A stretch of 57,326 nucleotides of DNA from Minisyncoccota bacterium (GCA_031972685.1 DALYEI010000002.1:1-57326), one strand, 5' to 3'. Numbered from the stretch's first letter, positions 38,464-47,947 are shown. Numbers and translations are program-made. The notes: generated by a model from the sequence alone, not told the origin.

Positions 38464-39252
38464 ATGACTAAATATTTTGATATTCATTCACACATAAACC
38501 TTGATCCGCTTTTAGCTGATAAAGACGAAGTTATAAAAAGATTAAAAGAAAATGATATAAGTACTATTACTATTGGTACAGATTTTGAAATGTCTCTAAG
38601 ATCTATAGCTTTAGCCAAAGAATACGAAAACCTATATGCAGGAGTAGGACTTCATCCTAATGATAATATAGATGAAGAATTTAATTATGAAAAATATAAA
38701 GAATTAGCTCAGAATGAAAAAGTAGTTTGCATAGGGGAAACCGGACTCGACTATTTTAGAAATGAAGGGGAAGATTTTAAGATTCGTCAAAAAGAAATTT
38801 TTAACCGCCACATAGAGCTCGCTATACAATTAGATAAGCCTCTAATGATTCACGCTCGTCCGAGTAAGCGGACTATGGACGCTTATGAAGATGCCCTAGA
38901 TATTTTAGAAATATATAAAAAAGAAAACCCAAAAATTCATGCAAATTTTCATTTCTTCGTAGGGGATATAAAGATTGCAAAAAGAATAGTAGAGAATAAT
39001 TGGACTGTATCTTTTGACGGACCAATAACCTTCGCTCGAGATTATGATGAAGTTATCAAGTGTTTACCGATAGAGAATATTATGTGCGAGACGGATGCAC
39101 CTTTCGCTGCGCCTATACCTCACCGAGGGAAGACTTGCGAGCCTTATATGGTAATAGAAATCTATAAAAAAATAGCTGAAATAAAAGGTTTGGATTTAGA
39201 ATTTACTATTTCCCAAATCCGCAAAAACGTAAAAAGAGTTTTTAAGATTTAA
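38464..39252 (+). CDS. tatD: TatD-family metal-dependent DNase/hydrolase
   Basis: DIHSHIN (HxH), GETGLDY, MIHAR and ETDAPF motifs. Confidence 0.85.
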   Translation: MTKYFDIHSHINLDPLLADKDEVIKRLKENDISTITIGTDFEMSLRSIALAKEYENLYAGVGLHPNDNIDEEFNYEKYKELAQNEKVVCIGETGLDYFRNEGEDFKIRQKEIFNRHIELAIQLDKPLMIHARPSKRTMDAYEDALDILEIYKKENPKIHANFHFFVGDIKIAKRIVENNWTVSFDGPITFARDYDEVIKCLPIENIMCETDAPFAAPIPHRGKTCEPYMVIEIYKKIAEIKGLDLEFTISQIRKNVKRVFKI

Positions 39253-41421
39253 TTATTCAAAATGAATATTTTGGTTTTTTTCTTTAACTTTTTGTTTTAG
39301 GGTAGGGTAGTTTTGAAGTTCTCTATCTTTTGAAATTATTTCTAACGCTTCTTCTCTTGCGAAAGATACCATTTTGATATTTTTAATAGCTTCCATACCG
39401 AGATCGGTTATGCCCCATTGTTTTGCGCCTCCAAGCTCTCCAGCGCCCCGTAGCGATAAATCTAATTCTGCTAATTCAAATCCATTTTTAGCAGTTTTTA
39501 GTGCGTTAAGTCTATCTACGGTTTTAGTAGTTTTGGCATCAGCAAATACGTAGCAATAAGCTTGATGCGTACCACGAATCACTCTACCTCTTAGTTGATG
39601 AAGTTGAGCAAGTCCAAATCTCTCGGCACCTTCGATAATAATAATAGTTGCATTTGGGACATTGACTCCGACTTCGACGACAGAAGTCGCAACAAGAATA
39701 TCGATTTTTTTATTTTTGAAATCTTGCATAACACGCTCTTTTTTCTCTTTGGTCATTTTAGAGTGCAAGATATCAATATTGTATTCCTTAAAGATTTCTT
39801 TTTTAAGTCTTTTTGCCTCTTCGGTAACAGACTTCATTTCGATTTTATCATCTTCACTCGTATCAATCCGAGGGCAAATAACGTACATCTGTCTCCCAGC
39901 TTTTAATTCAATTTTAATTTCTTCGTAAGTTTTTTCTCTTTTGTTGGGTGTAATAATATCTGTGATGATAGGTTTACGTCCGCTAGGCATTTCGGAAAGT
40001 AAAGATAAATCCAAATCTCCATAAATAGTTAAAGCTAAAGTTCGAGGTATTGGGGTTGCAGTCATAGAAAGTAGATGCGGATAAATTTCATCTTTTTTAA
40101 CTAATTCTCTTCTTTGCTTGGTTCCGAAACGATGTTGCTCATCTATGATAACTAAAGCCAAATGTTTAAATTTTACAGACTTTTGAATCAAAGTATGAGT
40201 CCCTATTAGTATAGGAATTTCTCCGTTAGCTACCCATTTAAGAAGTTGCGCTCGCGAAATATCAGTCCACTTACTCGAATCTATTTTAGAAGGGAATTTA
40301 CGGCAAGTTTTACCGGTAATGAGTCCAATATTAATATTTAAATTTTCAAAATATTTTATAAAAGATTCGAAATGTTGAGTAGCGAGGATTTCCGTCGGCA
40401 CCATATATGCAACCTGCATATTTCCAAAATCTTGCTTTTTGAGAGATTCTATATTGATAGGGCGCTCGTTGATAGTAGCATAGCTTATCGCTCCAGCGAC
40501 GAGAGTCTTACCACTACCAACGTCACCTTCAAGTAAACGAGACATAGGATAATCTTTTTTAAGGTCATTCAATATTGTATCAATAGCTTCTTTTTGAGAA
40601 TTAGTCGGTTGGAAAGGGAAGTTATCTAAGAATTTTTTCACTTCTTCTTTTTTAATATTAATTTGAAAAGCTTTATGATTTTTGTATTCAAGTCTAGCCT
40701 TTTGTCTTTCTAATTGAATAAAGAAAACTTCTTCGAAAGCAAATCTTTTGCGAGCTATATCGCGGTCGTTTTTAGTTTTAGGCATATGCATCCAAAATAA
40801 AGCAGTCTTGAGTCCAGGTAAATTATATTTTTCTAAAATACTTTTTGGAATATAATCTTCTAAACTCTCTAAAGTTTTTTCTCTAATTATTTTTTCAATT
40901 GCATGATAAAACCATTTTGAAGTTATGCCTTTAGTTTCTCGATAAATCGGATAAGATAAACCGTAATCTTTCTTACCGTCATTAAATAAACTCTCGTGCT
41001 TATCTATAGCTAAATCCGGAGTTCTCTCAATTTCAGGATTTGTAATAGAGATTCCGTTTTTATTCTCCATAATTTTCCCAGTTAGCTTCACAGTATCTCC
41101 GTCCTTAATCATTTTGGCTAAATAGGGTTGATTAAACCAAATGATTTTTATTTTACCGGTTAAGTCTTCTATATAACCTTCACCCATAGGGATTTTAGTT
41201 TTAAAAGATTTTTTGGTTTGGAGTTTAGATATTTTACCGTATATAGTTGCATTTTCTCCTCCTATTAAATCTATGATATTTTTAACTTCGCTCATATCAG
41301 AGTAACGAATAGGGAAGTAAAAAAGCAAATCCGAAATAGTAAAAAGCCCTAGTTTTGCTAAAGCTTTTTTTTGATTTTCATCTAAACGAAAATTCTTTTC
41401 TAATTTGTCTCCTAAGTTCAT
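39253..41421 (-). CDS. recG: ATP-dependent DNA helicase RecG
   Basis: N-terminal OB wedge region, GDVGSGKT, DEQHRFG and QLRGRV motifs. Length 722 aa. Confidence 0.9.
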   Translation of the reverse strand: MNLGDKLEKNFRLDENQKKALAKLGLFTISDLLFYFPIRYSDMSEVKNIIDLIGGENATIYGKISKLQTKKSFKTKIPMGEGYIEDLTGKIKIIWFNQPYLAKMIKDGDTVKLTGKIMENKNGISITNPEIERTPDLAIDKHESLFNDGKKDYGLSYPIYRETKGITSKWFYHAIEKIIREKTLESLEDYIPKSILEKYNLPGLKTALFWMHMPKTKNDRDIARKRFAFEEVFFIQLERQKARLEYKNHKAFQINIKKEEVKKFLDNFPFQPTNSQKEAIDTILNDLKKDYPMSRLLEGDVGSGKTLVAGAISYATINERPINIESLKKQDFGNMQVAYMVPTEILATQHFESFIKYFENLNINIGLITGKTCRKFPSKIDSSKWTDISRAQLLKWVANGEIPILIGTHTLIQKSVKFKHLALVIIDEQHRFGTKQRRELVKKDEIYPHLLSMTATPIPRTLALTIYGDLDLSLLSEMPSGRKPIITDIITPNKREKTYEEIKIELKAGRQMYVICPRIDTSEDDKIEMKSVTEEAKRLKKEIFKEYNIDILHSKMTKEKKERVMQDFKNKKIDILVATSVVEVGVNVPNATIIIIEGAERFGLAQLHQLRGRVIRGTHQAYCYVFADAKTTKTVDRLNALKTAKNGFELAELDLSLRGAGELGGAKQWGITDLGMEAIKNIKMVSFAREEALEIISKDRELQNYPTLKQKVKEKNQNIHFE

Positions 41422-41792
41422 TATCCAATTAATGATTTTAATTTAGCTACGAGTTCGTCTAGGGTGAAATTAGACTTGACCATAAAATCATTCACGCCTA
41501 ATTTATTTGCTCGAGCTATATCTTTATCTTCAGCAAGGTTTGAAAATACGATGATCGGTACGTTTGGGATTTTATTCTCTTCACGGATTTTCGCTAAAAT
41601 CGTAAAACCGTCTACTTCAGGAAGCAGTAGATCAAGTAAGATAATATTAATATCTCTATGCTCGTCGATTTGCTTGAAAGCATCTCCTCCATTACTAGCG
41701 ACTAATACTTCGTAACCTTCTTTGGTTAATTTCTTAGCTTCAAGCCCTTGCAAGAAATCGTCATCTTCAATTATTAAAACTTTTTTTGCCAT
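41421..41792 (-). CDS. stand-alone response-regulator receiver (CheY-like)
   Basis: IIEDD, LLDLLLPEVDG and SNL...K receiver signature with no output domain. Its stop overlaps the recG start (TAATG). Confidence 0.85.
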   Translation of the reverse strand: MAKKVLIIEDDDFLQGLEAKKLTKEGYEVLVASNGGDAFKQIDEHRDINIILLDLLLPEVDGFTILAKIREENKIPNVPIIVFSNLAEDKDIARANKLGVNDFMVKSNFTLDELVAKLKSLIG

Positions 41793-41796
41793 AATA

Positions 41797-42177
41797 TTAT
41801 AGAGTTATTTTGCTAATTTTTTCGACTAATTCATCTAAAGTAAAATTTGCTTTGGTTAAGAATTCCGTAACCCCTAGAGTATTTACCTTTTTTTGTCTTT
41901 CTATGTCATCTGAATTAGAAAATACGATAACTGAGACATTTTTAGTATTTGGGTTTTCGCGAATTTTTTGCAAAACTGTGATTCCGTCTACGGTAGGTAA
42001 AAGCAAATCAAGTAAAATCAAATCTATAGTCTTTGCTTCTTCGTTGTTATTTAAGTGTACAAATGCATCTTCTCCTGAACTTGCTATGAGCACATCGTAG
42101 CCGTTGTCTTTTAGTTTCTTTGCTTCCATACTAAGCATTAAAGGATCGTCTTCGATTATTAAGATTTTTTTCGCCAT
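41797..42177 (-). CDS. stand-alone response-regulator receiver (CheY-like)
   Basis: IIEDD and LLDLLLPTVDG motifs. It is a paralogue of the adjacent receiver. Confidence 0.85.
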   Translation of the reverse strand: MAKKILIIEDDPLMLSMEAKKLKDNGYDVLIASSGEDAFVHLNNNEEAKTIDLILLDLLLPTVDGITVLQKIRENPNTKNVSVIVFSNSDDIERQKKVNTLGVTEFLTKANFTLDELVEKISKITL

Positions 42178-42212
42178 ACTTAAATTATAACTTAGTGAGG
42201 ATTTAGTGCAAG

Positions 42213-42956
42213 TTATTTAAATATAGGTAGAGTAAAGTAGAATATAGTACCTTCACCAGGCTTACTTTCAAACCAGATTTCTCCTTCTGATTTATCGATA
42301 ATTTGTTTTACGGTATAAAGCCCTATACCAGTACCCTTAATACCTTTTTTCTCAGCTTCAGTATCTCGATAAAATTTATCAAAGATGCGATTTTTACCTT
42401 CTTCTGATATGCCTGTACCCGTATCTTTTACAGAAACTTGAATTTTATTTTCTACTTCTTTGGCAGTAATAAATACTTTACCGTGAGGGTCGCTGTATTT
42501 GATAGCATTCTCGATTAGGTTTTGTAAAATTACTCTTAATTTGTCTTTATCAGCTCGCATTGGTTTTAGGGGGTGTTCTGGTCTCAAAAAAATAACTTCA
42601 ATTCCTTTACCATGCGCTTCACCCGAAAAATCAAAAATAGTTTCTTCTAATAATTCACAAACACTAATACCTTCAAATTCATATGCTTTCTCGATAATAT
42701 TTTCAGTTTTATTATTATCTAAAATATCAGTTAAGTTTTTGATAGCGCGTTCATTACTCTCATATGCTTTTTTCATTAATACTTCTTGCTCAGGAGTAAG
42801 TTTACCGAGATCTCCATCGAGGAACATTTTGATAATCCATTTGAGCCCTGATAGGGAAGTACGAGCTTGGTGACTCATAAGCGAAACCATATCAGTTTTA
42901 AAAGCTATGATCTTCTTTAGTTTCTCGTTTTCTGTTTTAAAATCTTCATTTTCCAT
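42213..42956 (-). CDS. soluble histidine kinase (HisKA plus HATPase_c only)
   Basis: H-box MSHQARTSL, N-box LIENAIKY, and G-boxes DTGTGI and GTGIGL. No TM or sensor domain. TGcTATAAT lies 6 nt upstream (42963-42971, minus strand). Confidence 0.85.
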   Translation of the reverse strand: MENEDFKTENEKLKKIIAFKTDMVSLMSHQARTSLSGLKWIIKMFLDGDLGKLTPEQEVLMKKAYESNERAIKNLTDILDNNKTENIIEKAYEFEGISVCELLEETIFDFSGEAHGKGIEVIFLRPEHPLKPMRADKDKLRVILQNLIENAIKYSDPHGKVFITAKEVENKIQVSVKDTGTGISEEGKNRIFDKFYRDTEAEKKGIKGTGIGLYTVKQIIDKSEGEIWFESKPGEGTIFYFTLPIFK

Positions 42957-43046
42957 TTTTTTATTATAGCAATAAAATTTAAGTAAAGAAATAATAGTTT
43001 AAATTTTTAAATAGATAAAATTTCTTCGAAATGATAAAATTTATTT

Positions 43047-43502
43047 ATGGAAATATTTACTTTAGATTTAATAGGGTTATTTTTATTTATTGCTGGATTT
43101 GTAGTCGGATTAGGGGCTGTGTTGGTTATTGATATTCACGGATTTTTAGGACGCAAGTCTTCTTATTGGACTATAGCGACCACTCGCGCGCATAAAGTTA
43201 CTAAACCTTTAATTTGGATTGGTATCTTTTTAGCTATTATTGGAGGAAGTATCTTTTATAGGAATGAATCTTTTTCTGGAATTCCTTTTTGGCATAGTAT
43301 CTTTGCTTTTATTTTAATATTAAATGGTTTATTTTTATCTTTTGTAGTGAGTCCATTTTTATTGAAAAAAGAAAAAGAAGGGAAGGATGGGGAATTATTG
43401 CCTCAATCTTTGCAAAATAAAATTATCGTGAGTTTTATAATCTCAGCTTTATTTTGGTGGAGTAGCTTGTTTTTGTTAGTTGTTTATCTTTTAAATAAAT
43501 AA
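43047..43502 (+). CDS. small four-TM membrane protein, hypothetical
   Basis: Hydrophobicity pattern. TGaTAAAAT lies 6 nt upstream of the ATG. Confidence 0.5.
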   Translation: MEIFTLDLIGLFLFIAGFVVGLGAVLVIDIHGFLGRKSSYWTIATTRAHKVTKPLIWIGIFLAIIGGSIFYRNESFSGIPFWHSIFAFILILNGLFLSFVVSPFLLKKEKEGKDGELLPQSLQNKIIVSFIISALFWWSSLFLLVVYLLNK

Positions 43503-43619
43503 ATTGCGGTCTATATTGTACAAATTTTAACCTTTTTTAAACCAACAAGCAAACAAAATAGAAGCAATCTTTGGTTCTATTTTGTGGGAAGTTTAGATTA
43601 TGTCTATAACTATAAAACC

Positions 43620-43648
43620 TTGACAAATCAAGTATTTTTTGATATACT
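43620..43648 (+). promoter_or_regulatory. sigma70-type promoter
   Basis: TTGACA (43620-43625), a 17-nt spacer ending in TGa, and TATACT (43643-43648). Confidence 0.6.
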
Positions 43649-43687
43649 ATACACAGTTCTTTAAAATACATTTGATTTGTAAGGTTT

Positions 43688-43743
43688 ATTTTGAAAGTTA
43701 GCACAACTGCTAGAAATTTGGCTTGTGTGCTAACTTTCAAAAT
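43688..43743. repeat. 18-bp perfect inverted repeat with a 20-nt spacer
   Basis: attttgaaagttagcaca (43688-43705) and tgtgctaactttcaaaat (43726-43743). It lies between the promoter and the lipoprotein start, with no U-tract. Confidence 0.8.
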
Positions 43744-43767
43744 CAATTCACTTATAAAATCAAATAA

Positions 43768-44250
43768 ATGACAAAAATAATTTTAACATTCGCAACAGCC
43801 TTAATGGCTTTATGTTTGATGAGTTGTTCAAACTCAGAAAACCAATCTTCAAAACTTGAATCCCATTCTTCCGATGTACATGGTGTGCGTGATACTAATT
43901 ATGATTCCCAAAACAAAACTGCGGAGTGTGGTTGCCAAGATTTAAAAATTCTTGTTGGGGGTATGATCTATAATAAAGAATTAGTAAAGCTTGAAAACAA
44001 GAAATTGCTTCCAGAAGAAGTTTGGGCTATGGAGATAATGGATACTTATGTTTACACGGCAGATTGCGAAAAAATGGCCGGGCAGGGACTTTATTCAGGT
44101 GATTCGTGTGTGGTGCGTTTATGCATCAATAGTAAAACTGATTACAAAATCAGAATTATGAAAAACACAACATCTTCTGATAATACTGAAAAATCCTTTA
44201 AATACTGTAAGGATTTTAAATCAAATCTTTTCTGCTATCGTAGTCGCTAG
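43768..44250 (+). CDS. Cys-rich lipoprotein, hypothetical
   Basis: Signal peptide with lipobox LMSC (ALMALCLMSCSNS). Confidence 0.6.
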   Translation: MTKIILTFATALMALCLMSCSNSENQSSKLESHSSDVHGVRDTNYDSQNKTAECGCQDLKILVGGMIYNKELVKLENKKLLPEEVWAMEIMDTYVYTADCEKMAGQGLYSGDSCVVRLCINSKTDYKIRIMKNTTSSDNTEKSFKYCKDFKSNLFCYRSR

Positions 44251-44269
44251 TGTTTAATTAGGAATTATT

Positions 44270-44306
44270 ATACGCCTTCAGTTGACATTGGAGGCGTATT
44301 TTTTTA
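44270..44306 (+). terminator. intrinsic terminator
   Basis: Stem atacgcct/aggcgtat with a 14-nt loop and T7. Confidence 0.6.
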
Positions 44307-44323
44307 CGCTCCACCAAAAAAGA

Positions 44324-44347
44324 AAAGCGGAAGTCCGCTTTTTTTTT
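44324..44347. terminator. second hairpin terminator, A-run / T-run flanked
   Basis: aaagcgg aagt ccgcttt followed by T9 and preceded by an A-run. Confidence 0.55.
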
Positions 44348-44483
44348 GCGGTGTACTCGGGTATGGTACCCGTGGGTTCAACCCTTGTAAGGCTATTCTA
44401 GCATGTTCTGACTGATGAAGTTTAGCTTTGTGGGTCGCAAGCTCAAATGCCAACAAATGCCAATTTTTGATATAATACAAACT

Positions 44484-45185
44484 ATGACCGTAGGCGAATT
44501 AGTGTATCAACAAGCAATAAAGGATGGATATGACCCTGCTACAGCAGAAAGGCTTGTTTCGCCGTTGAAGGCTGTTTTTGAGGCACATGAGAAGACACTC
44601 AAGGCTTTTGAACCAATGAGAGAATCATTGAAAAAAAGCATTGGGATGGCTAATTCCGCATTTGAATCTGTAAGACCATCGTTGGATGTTTTGGCTGGAT
44701 TCTCATTCCCAACAATAGATAAAGATGATTATATTATTCCTGCAAGAATGGTTCAGGAAGTTAGAATTGTTAACCCTGAAGATTTAGATGTTGGATCAGC
44801 TAAAAAAGAAAGTAGCGTTGTTGTTGCATCATACTTACTTCCCAAAAATGCTACATGGGAAGCATTGGATATAAAGTTTTTGGATGGACACCTTGTTAAG
44901 GTTTCTTACCCAAATATGAAACCGCAAAAGTTTGATTACAAAGATATGGGTTTTATGAATACTAAGACAAACAACCCAGATTATAAATGGGCACTACTTT
45001 TGGTAATGGCAGAATACGGTGGTTCGTTAACTAAATCAGAATGGGATAGAAGATTTGGCAGAAATGTTAAATATGAACTCAATGAAGGCTTGAAGAAGTT
45101 TTTTGGTATGAAGTCCAGCCCAATATCTCACTACACTAAAAGATATGGGTACAAAGCACTATTTTCTCTTAGAGCTGACAAATAG
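44484..45185 (+). CDS. hypothetical protein
   Basis: ORF with no family recognised. The start was set at MTVGEL, 7 nt downstream of TGaTATAAT (44468-44476), rather than the track start at 44415. Confidence 0.5.
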   Translation: MTVGELVYQQAIKDGYDPATAERLVSPLKAVFEAHEKTLKAFEPMRESLKKSIGMANSAFESVRPSLDVLAGFSFPTIDKDDYIIPARMVQEVRIVNPEDLDVGSAKKESSVVVASYLLPKNATWEALDIKFLDGHLVKVSYPNMKPQKFDYKDMGFMNTKTNNPDYKWALLLVMAEYGGSLTKSEWDRRFGRNVKYELNEGLKKFFGMKSSPISHYTKRYGYKALFSLRADK

Positions 45186-45206
45186 TCATTTCATATAAAA
45201 TGACGA

Positions 45207-45246
45207 AACAAAGACCTTTTGCTTGAACGAGCAAAAGGTCTTTGTT
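45207..45246 (+). terminator. 17-bp hairpin, probable terminator
   Basis: aacaaagaccttttgct / agcaaaaggtctttgtt with a 6-nt loop. The U-tract is weak. Confidence 0.5.
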
Positions 45247-45361
45247 ATTAAGGATTTCCTTACTACTCATTTTTGGGAAATAAAAAGAAATTGTCATTTT
45301 GTCATTCAATGACGAATAAGGGTAGAAGAGCAGCTAAGAACCTCTTCTGAAGAAAAACTCT

Positions 45362-46630
45362 ATGGCTAAGCAAAAGCGTACATGGTCTAGCACTACTCGC
45401 AAGTTGGTAGACCTAATTAATAACGGATACAATCCGAGAAAGTTGAGTGAGAGCGAAAAGAGAGACTTGGAAAATTCTGTTAAGGAATTTGGAACGGTCG
45501 TGCCTATTGTTCTTAATATCGGCTCAAGAGCCAATATTGTTATTGGTGGTGAGCAAAGAGTAAAAGTGTATATCGATCTCGGCATAGAAGAGATTGAGTG
45601 CATGATACCCTCGAAAGAGTTAACACTTGAAGAAGAAAAGGAACTCAACCTGCGACTCAACAAAAATACTGGTTCATGGAATGAAGAACTCTTGAAAGAG
45701 TTCGATATGGACATGCTTCTTGATGTGGGTTTTGGAGATGAAGAATTACAGAATCTATTTGATGACGTGGATCTTGTTGAAGATGATTTTGATGTTGAAA
45801 AAGCTATTAAAGAAACAGTGACACCAAAAGTGAAGTTAGGAGAAGTTTGGGAACTCGGGAAGCATCGCCTTTTAGTTGGAGATTCCACTGATGAGAATAT
45901 GGTAAAGGAACTCATGCAAGATGACATGGCAGATATTGTCTTTTGTGACCCACCCTATAATATTTTTTGGATATACGGAGGAAAGTATGGTGGAGAATAC
46001 AAAGATAATAAAAGCGAAGAGGAATACTCTGAATTTATTAGTAAAAGTATCGAAACGGCTAAAAAGTTTGCTAAACCAGACTCACACTTCTTTTATTGGT
46101 CAGACCCAAATAGCATAGGATTAACTCAATCTCTATACGATAAATACCAAATCAAGAAAAGAAGAGTGTGTCTTTGGGTAAAATCGAATCAGAACTGTAC
46201 TCCGAAAGTTGCTTGGAACAGACTCTATGAGCCATGCACATACGGCACACTTGGTAAGCCATATTTAAATCCCAACTTCAGAAATGCCAATGAAATTCTT
46301 AATCAAGAAGTAACAACTGGTAATCAGGTTCTGGATGAATTGCAGGACATGATAGACCTTTGGCTTGTTAAAAGAGATAACACTCAAAGCTATTTACATC
46401 CGACGCAGAAACCGATTTCTTTAAATGAAAAACCTTTCAAACGATGCTCTGCACCTGGGCATATCATCTTTTCTGGCTTCGCTGGAAGCGGATCTGATTT
46501 GATTGCATCTGAAGAATTAAATCGTGTGTGGCGTGGGGTCGAAAAAGATTTACTCTTCGCGACGATCATCATAGATCGTTGGGAAAAATTTACTAATCTT
46601 AAGGCGAAGAAAATCTATGAAAATAAATAA
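45362..46630 (+). CDS. ParB-like nuclease domain fused to a beta-class N4/N6 DNA methyltransferase
   Basis: N-terminus has GYNPRKLSE and GGEQRV (ParB/Srx-like). It is followed by FCDPPYN (motif IV), HPTQKPISL and FAGSGS (motif I) in the permuted beta-class order. Confidence 0.8.
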   Translation: MAKQKRTWSSTTRKLVDLINNGYNPRKLSESEKRDLENSVKEFGTVVPIVLNIGSRANIVIGGEQRVKVYIDLGIEEIECMIPSKELTLEEEKELNLRLNKNTGSWNEELLKEFDMDMLLDVGFGDEELQNLFDDVDLVEDDFDVEKAIKETVTPKVKLGEVWELGKHRLLVGDSTDENMVKELMQDDMADIVFCDPPYNIFWIYGGKYGGEYKDNKSEEEYSEFISKSIETAKKFAKPDSHFFYWSDPNSIGLTQSLYDKYQIKKRRVCLWVKSNQNCTPKVAWNRLYEPCTYGTLGKPYLNPNFRNANEILNQEVTTGNQVLDELQDMIDLWLVKRDNTQSYLHPTQKPISLNEKPFKRCSAPGHIIFSGFAGSGSDLIASEELNRVWRGVEKDLLFATIIIDRWEKFTNLKAKKIYENK

Positions 46631-47366
46631 AGGAGATATTTTTAGAGTCGGAAATCACATTATTGGATGTGGCGATTCTCTAGATAAAGAATTTGTCGCA
46701 AAAGTTATAGGTAGCAATAAAATACGAGCAGTCGTGACTGATCCTCCTTATGGTGTTGCCTACGTAGAAAATAAAATAGGACTCTCAAAGCTCGGTGTTA
46801 ATAATGAAAAAATTATCGCCAATGACCATCTGCAATCAGAAGAAGAATACGAAAATTTCACTCGCAAATATTTAGGTGCGACTATTCCGTATCTTGAAGA
46901 ATACAATGCGGTCTATATTTTCAATGCCGACTTAATGTTTCCAAGTTTACGCTTGGGAATGAAGTCTGCTGGTTTTTATTACAGTCAGATGATTATTTGG
47001 CTGAAAAATCAACCAGTCATGAGTAGAAAAGACTATCTGTCTATGTATGAACTCATTGCCTATGGATGGTTTGGTAAACACAAAATGGAACAGTCTAAGG
47101 CAAGAAATGTTATCTATCATCCTAGACCACATAAATCTAATCTCCACCCTACGCAAAAACCAATAGGGCTATTGAGAAAAATAATTCCTAACTCAACGAG
47201 AGTTGGTGACGTTGTATACGATCCATTTTTAGGAAGTGGATCAACGGCTGTCGCTTGTGCACACTTAGGTCGAAAGTGTATCGGCATAGAGCTTGATGAG
47301 GCGTATGTGCAAACATCTCTCACAAGGCTTGAAAAGCTCACTGGCGAGACAGCAGTAAAGCTTTAA
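46617..47366 (+). CDS. beta-class N4/N6 DNA methyltransferase
   Basis: VTDPPYG, HPTQKPIGLL and DPFLGSGST motifs. The start overlaps the upstream gene by 14 nt. Confidence 0.85.
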   Translation: MKINKGDIFRVGNHIIGCGDSLDKEFVAKVIGSNKIRAVVTDPPYGVAYVENKIGLSKLGVNNEKIIANDHLQSEEEYENFTRKYLGATIPYLEEYNAVYIFNADLMFPSLRLGMKSAGFYYSQMIIWLKNQPVMSRKDYLSMYELIAYGWFGKHKMEQSKARNVIYHPRPHKSNLHPTQKPIGLLRKIIPNSTRVGDVVYDPFLGSGSTAVACAHLGRKCIGIELDEAYVQTSLTRLEKLTGETAVKL

Positions 47367-47373
47367 GTGATAT

Positions 47374-47748
47374 ATGCAGGAAGAAGATTTTTCTAAAGAT
47401 CCATATAAAAAGCAGGTCTACGAAACCTATGCTCTTTGGAAGTCCCTTCCTTCGTTTCTTAAAGGGCAACCAAGAGTAGCACTCGAAAAGTTCGGTGTTG
47501 AAGAAGAGTCAGTATTTGAATTGCTTGCGATAAAGACACAGCTTGAATTCTCAAAAATATACAAAATTGATACTGGCACGCTCACTGATTGGAATAAGAG
47601 ACTTGAGAAAGATGGACTAGTCAAAGACATCAACTCATGGGCAAGAAAGCTAACTCCGAATGTTATTTTTGCACTCTATAAAAATATCATTAAAAGTGGC
47701 AAGGCTCATGAAGTAAGAGCTTGGTTTGAAATCGTAGAAAATAACTAG
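47374..47748 (+). CDS. phage-type HTH protein (terminase-small-subunit-like), tentative
   Basis: The segment KTQLEFSKIYKIDTGTLTDWNKRLEKDG looks like an HTH. Resemblance to phage small-terminase/phBC6A51-type HTH proteins is from memory only. Confidence 0.35.
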   Translation: MQEEDFSKDPYKKQVYETYALWKSLPSFLKGQPRVALEKFGVEEESVFELLAIKTQLEFSKIYKIDTGTLTDWNKRLEKDGLVKDINSWARKLTPNVIFALYKNIIKSGKAHEVRAWFEIVENN

Positions 47749-47749
47749 T

Positions 47750-47947
47750 ATGACTAAACCAATTAACCTAGAAGAAATAAATAATATTCTTTCGGATACT
47801 ATCCGCAAAGTGATGAACAAGGAAATGTCACTCAAGCAGGCATCTATGATTGCCAAGCTTACTTCTACGCTTTCAAAGAATATAGCCAACACAGAACTTA
47901 AAGAACGGGTCGAGTTCTTGGAAAACGCATTAAGAAAAAACAGATGA
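47750..47947 (+). CDS. hypothetical small protein
   Basis: ORF packed 1 nt after the upstream stop and ending 1 nt before the next start. Confidence 0.35.
   Translation: MTKPINLEEINNILSDTIRKVMNKEMSLKQASMIAKLTSTLSKNIANTELKERVEFLENALRKNR

Noticed and set aside
39595-39928. Two overlapping plus-strand ORFs (103 and 88 aa) inside recG. Many similar antisense ORFs occur elsewhere, for example 1146-1346, 9027-9272, 11073-11810, 36076-36408, 41464-41715, 41810-42100, 42499-42873, 52388-52803 and 55180-55626.
   Set aside because: All are embedded opposite genes with strong family motifs, have no promoter or start context, and have odd compositions. I treat them as non-coding.
43554-43584. 10-bp AT-rich hairpin caaaatagaa/ttctattttg after the 43047-43502 gene, considered as a terminator or island boundary
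   Set aside because: The stem is weak and AT-only, and no U-tract follows. That is not enough to call a terminator or an attachment site.
44355-44395. tRNA-like fragment: GGGTTCAACCC resembles a T-arm, preceded by the hairpin cgggtatggtacccg
   Set aside because: I could not build an acceptor stem, an anticodon arm or a 5-bp T-stem. It may be a remnant attachment-site fragment, but a tRNA or tRNA fragment call is not supportable.
45334-45927. 197-aa minus-strand ORF, extremely Ser-rich
   Set aside because: It lies entirely antisense to the well-supported ParB-methyltransferase gene. Its low-complexity composition is typical of an antisense-frame artefact.
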